Shown here piece after piece: positions 20,405 through 26,816 of a stretch of 26,816 bases of DNA (its first letter is position 1; the number at the start of each line of letters is the position of its first letter). Source of the DNA: a bacterium (GTDB taxonomy: Bacteria > RBG-13-61-14 > DATKZS01). The notes under the pieces were generated by a model that did no database searches, was not told the origin of the DNA, and saw only the letters and a list, made by a program, of their open reading frames with translations. The stretch is taken from contig JAWOBU010000166.1 of assembly GCA_046484135.1 (NCBI GenBank), positions 1-26,816 of the forward strand. Direction: 5' to 3'. Position numbers and translations under genes: made by a program.

Positions 20405-20433
20405 AACCTATGGGAATCGGAGGGCTTTGTCAA
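20405..20433 (-). promoter_or_regulatory. Candidate sigma70 promoter of the SDR/radical-SAM operon
   Basis: Minus strand TTGACA-17 nt-TAGGTT. Confidence 0.5.
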
Positions 20434-20540
20434 GATTTGAAGAGTGTGAAGCAGGCAAAGTTCATCCGTTTCAAAGAAGCCTCATAAACGGGACCTGTTT
20501 TTATCAGAAGCTTGGGGGCGCAGAAACTTGCCGCGGTCCG

Positions 20541-20864
20541 TCATGGAGTGTCTCCCTGGTACGCTTGATCATGCGGCCCGAGTAGAACGAACTTTATGGT
20601 TTGGTCCGGCGTTTCCCGGCAGTCCGGGCAGGCCACAAACGAATCATCTCTTTTTTTCTGCATGAATGGCAATACAGGTAGATGATAATGAAATTGCGTT
20701 TTACCGAACATGAATAGAACCCGCGCCATTTGCCTTTAAGAGGTTCTCCCATGGCAACGGGGTTTTGGAGTATCATGTCGACTTTTTTTCTTGACCGGTC
20801 TTTTTACAGAGGCATGCTTCTCAAGGGCTTTGACAAAAGCCTCTTCGAATCGAGCTTCTATCAA
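20541..20864 (-). pseudogene. RelE/ParE-superfamily toxin with Cys4 insertion, interrupted by two frameshifts
   Basis: Joining three segments gives MIEARFEEAFVKALEKHASVKRPVKKK/VDMILQNPVAMGEPLKGKWRGFYSCSVKRNFIIIYLYCHSCRKK/xDDSFVACPDCRETPDQTIKFVLLGPHDQAY. Breaks fall at A7 runs (plus-strand T7 at 20783-20789 and 20651-20657). TTG start overlaps the antitoxin stop. Confidence 0.75.
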
Positions 20865-21118
20865 TCTTCGAAGACCTCATGGTAAGAATACCAAACATCT
20901 CTGCCTTGCCGGAGCTTGTCCCGCACTTCTTCCATGGCCTGTTCAAAGCTCGGATCGGCAAGAACTTGTTCTATTCTTTTACCTTCCTCCCGCCTCTTCA
21001 AGGCCAGAAGGTATTGTGTAATCATGTCCGCCACTGTAATCCGATTTTCAGCGGCAAACTCTTTGGCAAACTCAGCCAGGTCCTTGTCCAAACTTATATT
21101 GATGTGGGTCTTGCCCAT
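20861..21118 (-). CDS. Ribbon-helix-helix-type antitoxin
   Basis: MGKTHINISLDKDLAEFAKEFAAENRITVADMI RHH-like start, acidic tail ending WYSYHEVFED; AGGAG RBS; directly upstream of the RelE-like gene. Confidence 0.8.
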   Translation of the reverse strand: MGKTHINISLDKDLAEFAKEFAAENRITVADMITQYLLALKRREEGKRIEQVLADPSFEQAMEEVRDKLRQGRDVWYSYHEVFED

Positions 21119-21142
21119 TCTAAACTCAGCTCCTATGTCACT

Positions 21143-21170
21143 ATCCTACATCCGCAGGAACAAATGTCAA
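21143..21170 (-). promoter_or_regulatory. Candidate TA operon promoter
   Basis: Minus strand TTGACA-16 nt-TAGGAT; short ATGTCA and TCACTA direct repeats overlap it (possible operator). Confidence 0.5.
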
Positions 21171-21243
21171 TCACTACCGCCCGGCATTGAAGATGTTTCG
21201 CCTTTTCTTGGTTTGTTAATAACAGAAAAACGGAAACGGCCTT

Positions 21244-21855
21244 CTATCTTGAGTTTTTGAACTCGTCAATGGCGCGGTTGGCTAGCTTATCTGCTTCTTT
21301 GTTGTTTTCCCGGAGAACGTGTCGGATGGAAAAGTGTGAAAACGAATCAACAAGGCTGCGGGCTTGTTGGTAGAGCTTTTTGATCCGAGGGTTTTTCACC
21401 TTGTAGACCCCGTTCATCTGATGGGCCACCAGCTCGGAGTCGGTTACGACCTCGACCTCCCGGGCGCCCATGGCCTTCGCCCGGGAAAGGCCGATGATAA
21501 GAGCGTTGTACTCGGCCTGGTTGCAGGTCATCTTTCCAAGGTACTTGGCCTCCCCTTCGACCATCTTGCCGTCTTTGGTAATAACGACTCCGGCGCCCGC
21601 TTCGCCCGGGTTTCCCCGCGAGGCCCCGTCAATATGGATGGTGAGGGGTCCGCCCTCCACGCCCGCTTCCGGCTTTATCTCCGGCTCTTTCGGGGCAGGT
21701 TCCGGCTCCGCAGCACTTTCCGCACCTGCAAGCGCACTCGCGATCTGCAAAAGCAGCTCTTTCAGCGACTCCTCGTCTATCCGGTGCTCCTCGATGGTGG
21801 CTTGCACGTCCAAGGTCCGCGCCAGGGTCATGATTATTTCATGATCAGTCGGCAT
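21244..21855 (-). CDS. Ribonuclease HI family protein with N-terminal extension
   Basis: IDGASRGNPGEAGAG, TCNQAEYNALI.GL, TDSELV..QM.G.YKVK, HVLRENNKEAD.LAN. Confidence 0.92.
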   Translation of the reverse strand: MPTDHEIIMTLARTLDVQATIEEHRIDEESLKELLLQIASALAGAESAAEPEPAPKEPEIKPEAGVEGGPLTIHIDGASRGNPGEAGAGVVITKDGKMVEGEAKYLGKMTCNQAEYNALIIGLSRAKAMGAREVEVVTDSELVAHQMNGVYKVKNPRIKKLYQQARSLVDSFSHFSIRHVLRENNKEADKLANRAIDEFKNSR

Positions 21856-22588
21856 CGCCGATCTCCAGAAGCCCCTCTTCGATCTCGCCGTCGGTGTAGA
21901 CCAGGATGCGTTCGCAGTTGGAGCACAGCACGAGCTTCTCCCCTTTCAAGACCTCGTTGTACATCTGGGCGGGAATATGCCGGTGGCATCCGTGGCAGAC
22001 CTCTTTCAGGGTCCGGACCACCGCCCGCCCCTTGTTCTGCCGGAGCTTATCGTAGAGCTTCCGGTTCTCCTCGGAGACCTCGCTCTGCTTGTTCTCCCGT
22101 TCAGACTTCTTCTCGGCAAGCTCGGCCTCGGCGCGGGCGGCAAGGTCTTCCAACTCTTTTCCGCGGGCCTCGAACTCCTTCTTCCGGTCCTCCCAGTCCG
22201 ACTCGAGCTTCTTCTCCTCTTTCTCCGACTCCTCCACCTTGTCGTAAAGCTCGAGAACCTCCTCTTCAAGCTCGCCGTTCTTTTGCTTCTGCTCCTCGAT
22301 CTCCTTTAAGCAGGCGTCGTACTCCTTGTTCGTCTTTACCTGGTTCAGCTTGCCCTGTAACTCCTTGAGGCGCTCCTCGCCCCGCGAGAGCCGCTTCTCC
22401 CGGTCCTTGAGCTCCTGCCGGGAGCGGTCCAGCTCGGCCCGTTTTTTTTCCACCTCGGCCTCGGCGGCGCGCCGCTCCGACTCCAGGGCCTCCCGCCGGG
22501 CGGGAAGCTCCTCCATGAAACCCTGCAAGGCGTCCAGCCGAAGATCAAGCTTTTGCAGGTCCAACAGATCAGCTATTTCCCGGTTCAA
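21845..22588 (-). CDS. Coiled-coil C4-type zinc-ribbon protein (CT398/HP0958-like)
   Basis: LLDLQKLD start, long coiled coil with KTNKEY, CHGC...CSNC.RIL; TTG start with AAGGAG. Confidence 0.9.
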   Translation of the reverse strand: MNREIADLLDLQKLDLRLDALQGFMEELPARREALESERRAAEAEVEKKRAELDRSRQELKDREKRLSRGEERLKELQGKLNQVKTNKEYDACLKEIEEQKQKNGELEEEVLELYDKVEESEKEEKKLESDWEDRKKEFEARGKELEDLAARAEAELAEKKSERENKQSEVSEENRKLYDKLRQNKGRAVVRTLKEVCHGCHRHIPAQMYNEVLKGEKLVLCSNCERILVYTDGEIEEGLLEIGDAD

Positions 22589-22663
22589 TGTTTACTCCTT
22601 AACCAGCACTTCGGTTCTCACTTTTCGGAACAACCCACGGAAAGAGCCCTGAGCAGGGGCAAT

Positions 22664-22714
22664 AAAAAAGGCGCCTTTAAAAGCGCCCTTAAAAAACAAC
22701 CTGCCCGCGGCAGG
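22664..22714 (-). terminator. Two tandem terminator-like hairpins downstream of the tRNA
   Basis: Minus strand CCTGCC-GCG-GGCAGG-TTGTTTTTT, then GGCGC-TTTTAAAG-GCGCC-TTTTTT. Confidence 0.6.
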
Positions 22715-22785
22715 ACCGCGGTCCGCCTAACTCTCGCCTGTCTTCTCCAGCGTCTGACTCGTACATTACTACTCCGGTAAATTAA

Positions 22786-22859
22786 TGGGCCCACCAGGAT
22801 TCGAACCTGGGACCAACCGGTTATGAGCCGGTGGCTCTAGCCAACTGAGCTATGGGCCC
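22786..22859 (-). tRNA. tRNA-Ile2 (CAT anticodon, lysidine type); CCA not encoded
   Basis: GGGCCCA acceptor stem, TAGCTCAGTTGGCTAGAGC D arm, ACCGG-CTCATAA-CCGGT anticodon arm, CCAGG-TTCGAAT-CCTGG T arm. Lacks initiator features; Ile2 versus elongator Met is assigned by resemblance. Confidence 0.93.
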
Positions 22860-22871
22860 GACGGGGTACTT

Positions 22872-22900
22872 ATTATAAGAGCAACGGGGTGGTGTTTCAA
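22872..22900 (-). promoter_or_regulatory. sigma70 promoter of the tRNA gene
   Basis: Minus strand TTGAAA-17 nt-TATAAT, 12 nt before the mature tRNA 5' end. Confidence 0.75.
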
Positions 22901-23020
22901 GGGGGCCGGCGCTGATAAAAGGTTTTGAGCTGCGAAGCTCGCTATGAAGAACGGTTATGGAAAGAAGGGAAACTACGAGTGTTATAGCCTCATGTCCGCG
23001 CCACGTCCTTGCGGCTTATA

Positions 23021-23608
23021 TTACTTTCCTTTTCTGAGCTCCTGGATGACCAGCTTGGCCAGGGCTTTCAGGGTGTCGAACACGCCTTCGCCGGTAACCG
23101 CCACCGCCTCGAAGTCCGGCACGCCGGTGGGGTTGCAGGTCTCTTTCAGCTCTTCCACCGGCGCGGCGTTGGGCAGGTCCCTTTTGTTGTACTGGACCAC
23201 GTAGGGCAGCTCGTCCAGGTTATAGCCGTGCTCGGTGAGATTGGTACGGAGGTTCTCCAGGCTCTCGATGTTGGCCTCCATCCTCTCCACCTGGGAGTCG
23301 GCCACGAAGACCACTCCGTCCACGCCTTTGAGGATGAGCTTCCGGGAGGCGTCGTAGAAGACCTGTCCGGGCACGGTGTAAAGATGGAACCTGGTTTTGA
23401 AGCCCCGGATCTCGCCGAGGGACAGGGGCAGGAAGTCGAAGAACAGGGTCCGTTCCGTTTCCGTGGCCAAAGAGATCATCTTTCCCTTGGCCTCCTGCTT
23501 GGTCTTGTCGTATATGTACTGGAGGTTGGTGGTCTTTCCACACAGGCCCGGCCCGTAATAGACCAGCTTACAGTTAATTTCCCGGGACGGGTAATTTATA
23601 AAAGACAT
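23021..23608 (-). CDS. mglA: Small Ras-like GTPase MglA
   Basis: [56 protein letters not shown]. Confidence 0.97.
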   Translation of the reverse strand: MSFINYPSREINCKLVYYGPGLCGKTTNLQYIYDKTKQEAKGKMISLATETERTLFFDFLPLSLGEIRGFKTRFHLYTVPGQVFYDASRKLILKGVDGVVFVADSQVERMEANIESLENLRTNLTEHGYNLDELPYVVQYNKRDLPNAAPVEELKETCNPTGVPDFEAVAVTGEGVFDTLKALAKLVIQELRKGK

Positions 23609-23639
23609 CTTTGACTAAACTCCTTCACTTAGGCCCGGC

Positions 23640-24128
23640 TTACTCGCTAAAGAGATTGTCAATGTCGTCATCGGTGATCTCGGCGAAGGGGGAGTCCGAG
23701 CCCGCGCTTTCAGCTTCTGCTTTTTTCATGAGCTCGTCAAAGATGGCGGAAAGCTCTTCGCTGGCTTTCTTCACCCGGAGCCTTACCAGCCCCAGGCTGG
23801 AACGGTTGTCGAAGATGACCACCAGGATGACCCTCATGCCCACGATGGAGATATGAAGGTTGTCCCGCTCCCCTTCGTGGAACAGGATGGAAAACTCTTT
23901 CTCGCCGAGGAGCTTGGCCAGGCCGCCGGTGGCCGCTATGTTCCCCGCGGTGAGGGAGGCCAGGGAGGTCGAGTCCAGGTCCTGGGTCTCCCCATCTTCG
24001 GCGATCAGCTGGCCGTTCTTATCAACCAGGAAAACAACTTTTGCATTGGCGTCCTTGACCAGTTTCTCCAGAACTTGGGTGATCTTGTGAAACTCGTCTT
24101 CGTACATAAACATACCAGGACCTGGCAT
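23640..24128 (-). CDS. mglB: Roadblock/LC7 protein MglB (MglA GAP)
   Basis: LVKDANAKVVFLVDKNGQLI, SLASLTAGNIAATGGLAKL, SLGLVRLRVKKA, PFAEITDDDIDNLF. Confidence 0.96.
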   Translation of the reverse strand: MPGPGMFMYEDEFHKITQVLEKLVKDANAKVVFLVDKNGQLIAEDGETQDLDSTSLASLTAGNIAATGGLAKLLGEKEFSILFHEGERDNLHISIVGMRVILVVIFDNRSSLGLVRLRVKKASEELSAIFDELMKKAEAESAGSDSPFAEITDDDIDNLFSE

Positions 24129-24232
24129 ACTTGTTCTCCTTATCCGTAATAATCTGGGAAAAGCTTTTAAATTAAAATATCAAACTAACCGGCCGATATC
24201 AAGCAAGGCGAATCAAGCCCGTCAAAAAAAGT

Positions 24233-25174
24233 TCACTCCTCCATGTTCACGCATCTTTGCACCAGGCTGTTGTAGTCCTTTTCCACCCGCTCCTGGATGC
24301 CCTGGACCTGTTCTTCCGTCAGGTGCCGGAACCTTCCCTGTCCCTTGAAGTACTCGCTAACGGGTTTCAGCTTCCTGGTCTTCACCGACATATGATACTC
24401 CCCCTCGATGATCTCGTAAAGCGGGAACACCCCGGTCTGGGTGGCCAGCTTGCCGTACTCGATGGCCTTTTCCGACGGGATCCTCCAGCCGGTCGGACAC
24501 ACGGACAGCACGTGCACGTAAGCCGGCCCCGGCGTCTGGACCGCCCGCTGGGCCTTCCTGTAAAGATCGAGCGGGTTGGCGCAGCTCGCAGTGGCCACGT
24601 AGGGGATGCGGTGGGCCGCGGCGATCTCCGGCATGGGCTTTTTCCAGGTCTGCTGTCCGATGCTTTCCTTTCCCGCCGGCGAGGTGGTGGTGGACGCGCC
24701 GTAGGGGGTCGAGCTGGACCGCTGGATTCCGGTGTTCATGTAGGCCTCGTTGTCAAGACAGAAGAACACCATGTCGTGTCCCCGCTCGAGCGCGCCGGAC
24801 AGGGCCTGCAAGCCGATGTCCGCGGTGCCGCCGTCTCCGGCCATGCCCACCACGTTGATCTTCTTCTCCGGTAGCCTTCCTTTTTTCATGAGTATCTTAA
24901 GGCCGGCCTCGATTCCCGAGGCCACCGCAGCGGCGTTCTCGAACGCGGTGTGGATCCAGGGAATGTTCCACGAAGTGGTGGGCAGGGGAGAGCTTATGAT
25001 CTCCATGCAGCCGGTGGCCATGGACATGATGGTGTCCGGGCCGGTGGCTTTCAGGATGATCCGGACCGCCAGCACCTCGGCGCATCCCTGGCAGGCCCGG
25101 TGCCCGGAAACGATGTACTCCTCCCTCGGCATGTTCTTGGGAGTTATCTTTTTCGCCTTGTCCTTCTCACTCAT
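24233..25174 (-). CDS. porB: Pyruvate (2-oxoacid):ferredoxin oxidoreductase beta subunit
   Basis: GHRACQGC, TGCME, GDGGTADIG TPP motif, DNEAYMNTGIQRSSSTP, CPTGW. Confidence 0.94.
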   Translation of the reverse strand: MSEKDKAKKITPKNMPREEYIVSGHRACQGCAEVLAVRIILKATGPDTIMSMATGCMEIISSPLPTTSWNIPWIHTAFENAAAVASGIEAGLKILMKKGRLPEKKINVVGMAGDGGTADIGLQALSGALERGHDMVFFCLDNEAYMNTGIQRSSSTPYGASTTTSPAGKESIGQQTWKKPMPEIAAAHRIPYVATASCANPLDLYRKAQRAVQTPGPAYVHVLSVCPTGWRIPSEKAIEYGKLATQTGVFPLYEIIEGEYHMSVKTRKLKPVSEYFKGQGRFRHLTEEQVQGIQERVEKDYNSLVQRCVNMEE

Positions 25175-26346
25175 TCTCTCACCCCGTAAAGCTCGTATTC
25201 ATCCTGTTTGTGGCTCTTTATCTTCTGCGCGGCTTTATCAACCATGTCCTTGAAGGCGCCGGGCTGCACGTCGCGGCCGGCCAGGCCCACGATGAAGTCC
25301 ACCACCTTGGGCCGCTTGGACATGGAGTAAAGCTGGCTCCTTATCTCGGAAGCCACCGGACCGCCGTACCCGTAGCTCAAGGCCCGGTCTATTACTACCA
25401 GGGTATCAGCGTCTTTTATCGCTTCCTTGAACTCCTCGACCGGGAAAGGCCTCCACAGCCGGATTTTTACCAGGCCCACGTCCTCGCCGTCGTCCTGCAT
25501 CCGGTCCACTGCCACGCTCGCGGTCTCGCCGATGCTGCCCATGGTAACGAGGAGCGTTTTCTTGCCCTCCGCCTTGTAGGTCTCGACCGGCTTGTACTCC
25601 CTGCCGGTCAGCTCTTTCCAGTCCTCCCAGGCCTTCAGGATGGCAGGCTTCGACTCCCACAGGGCCATGTCCTGGGCCATCTTGGTCTCGGTGAAAAGCT
25701 CGGGCATGGCAAACGCGCCCATGGTTACCGGCTTGTCCGGGTGGAGCCGGTTTATCGGCTCGAAGGTGGGGAGAAAACTCTCCACCACATCCTTTTTCAC
25801 GTACTCGATGGGTTCGATCACGTGGGAGAGGATAAACCCGTCCATGTTGACAATTACCGGCAGGGACACGCTCTTGTCCTCGCTTACCCGAAAGGCCCAG
25901 ATCATGTGGTCATAGGCTTCCTGGCCGTTCTCGATAAACACCTGCACGCATCCGCAGTCCCGGACCATCATGGCGTCCGAGTGGTCGTTCCAGATGGACA
26001 GGGGACCGGACAACGACCGGTTAACCAGGCACATGACAATGGGAAGCCTGAGCGACGCGGCCACGAACACGATCTCGCTCATGAGCGAGAGTCCCTGGGA
26101 AGCGGTCGAGGTGAAGCTCCGGGCCCCTGCCGCGGCCGTGCCGCAACAGACGCTCATGGCCGAGTGCTCGCTCTCCACCGGTATGAACTCCGCCTGGAGC
26201 TCGCCGTCCGCCACCAGCTCCGAGAGGTGCTCCACGATATGGGTCTGCGGAGTGATGGGATAGGCCGCGATACAGTCAACGTCAGCCTGGGCCACCGCCT
26301 CCGCTACCGCTATAGATATCTCTATTCCATGTCTGCCTTCCCGCAT
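25171..26346 (-). CDS. porA: Pyruvate (2-oxoacid):ferredoxin oxidoreductase alpha subunit
   Basis: AAYPITPQT, VESEHSAMS, TASQGL, NRSLSGPLSIWNDHSD, DGFILSH, RPFP. Confidence 0.94.
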   Translation of the reverse strand: MREGRHGIEISIAVAEAVAQADVDCIAAYPITPQTHIVEHLSELVADGELQAEFIPVESEHSAMSVCCGTAAAGARSFTSTASQGLSLMSEIVFVAASLRLPIVMCLVNRSLSGPLSIWNDHSDAMMVRDCGCVQVFIENGQEAYDHMIWAFRVSEDKSVSLPVIVNMDGFILSHVIEPIEYVKKDVVESFLPTFEPINRLHPDKPVTMGAFAMPELFTETKMAQDMALWESKPAILKAWEDWKELTGREYKPVETYKAEGKKTLLVTMGSIGETASVAVDRMQDDGEDVGLVKIRLWRPFPVEEFKEAIKDADTLVVIDRALSYGYGGPVASEIRSQLYSMSKRPKVVDFIVGLAGRDVQPGAFKDMVDKAAQKIKSHKQDEYELYGVRE

Positions 26347-26347
26347 C

Positions 26348-26635
26348 TCAACCCTCCACCATCTCGATACATTTTACCGGGCAGACCTCGGCGCAGATGC
26401 CGCACCCTTTGCAGTAATCAAAGTCCGCCTCGTAGGTCTCGTCCTCCAACTGGTAAATGGCCGCGTCCGGGCAATGCATCCAGCACTGCGCGCACTTGGT
26501 GCAGGTCTCATGGTCCACCACCGGATGCATCGCACGCCACGAACCGGTAAGATACTCCGAGGCGTTGCCGGGCTCGTCAATAACGCAGCCCGGTAAAAGC
26601 TCCTTCCAGCCAATCTGGTCCATCGGCTTGGCCAT
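26348..26635 (-). CDS. porD: Oxidoreductase delta subunit, 2x[4Fe-4S]
   Basis: TGSWR, CTKCAQCWMHCPD, CKGCGICAEVCP. Confidence 0.94.
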   Translation of the reverse strand: MAKPMDQIGWKELLPGCVIDEPGNASEYLTGSWRAMHPVVDHETCTKCAQCWMHCPDAAIYQLEDETYEADFDYCKGCGICAEVCPVKCIEMVEG

Positions 26636-26650
26636 GGCTTCTCCCCCTTC

Positions 26651-26816
26651 TCAGTCCTCGGAAACGGTCTCGGAGTAGGCCCGCTGAACAGCGTCCCAGT
26701 TCATCTTGGCGATCTTGCCGAACCGGTTCTTCAGCGGCTCCTCCAGGCTGCCCACGTCCACCACCCCTGTGGCCTTGACCAGGGCCCCCATCATGGACGT
26801 GTTGGTAATGGGACGC
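26651..26816 (-). CDS. porC: Oxidoreductase gamma subunit, C-terminal part (runs off the window)
   Basis: Manual translation RPITNTSMMGALVKATGVVDVGSLEEPLKNRFGKIAKMNWDAVQRAYSETVSED*; position upstream of porD. Confidence 0.88.
   Translation of the reverse strand, partial: RPITNTSMMGALVKATGVVDVGSLEEPLKNRFGKIAKMNWDAVQRAYSETVSED

Noticed and set aside
21119..21243. rnpB (RNase P RNA), often found after zinc-ribbon/RNase H genes
   Set aside because: The spacer is too short and lacks the GAGGAAAGTCC core.

Overview
GC-rich bacterial chromosome segment, probably from a deltaproteobacterium-like anaerobe (inferred from mglBA, porCDAB and the zinc-ribbon/RNase HI pair). Most of it is housekeeping: a 5'-truncated NCS2/AzgA permease carrying C-terminal ankyrin repeats, a tandem-FHA protein, moaA-moaB, trpDCFB followed by a methyltransferase rather than trpA, a CoA-disulfide reductase-rhodanese, split methylmalonyl-CoA mutase, mce, sucC (no sucD), icd, a B12 radical SAM enzyme, an SDR, RNase HI, a C4 zinc-ribbon protein, tRNA-Ile2(CAT), mglBA and porCDAB. 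Three AT-richer accessory inserts stand out. (1) A GxxExxY nuclease gene bracketed by 20-bp inverted repeats built from an 8-bp unit sits between the two mutase subunits. (2) An islet between sucC and icd holds an anti-phage dCTP deaminase, an unannotated overlapping 53-aa W-P-x-W-K peptide ORF and a truncated HTH antitoxin-like gene. (3) A toxin-antitoxin pair has a RelE-like, Cys4-containing toxin broken by two compensating frameshifts at A7 runs. All calls come from reading motifs by eye; no database searches were run.
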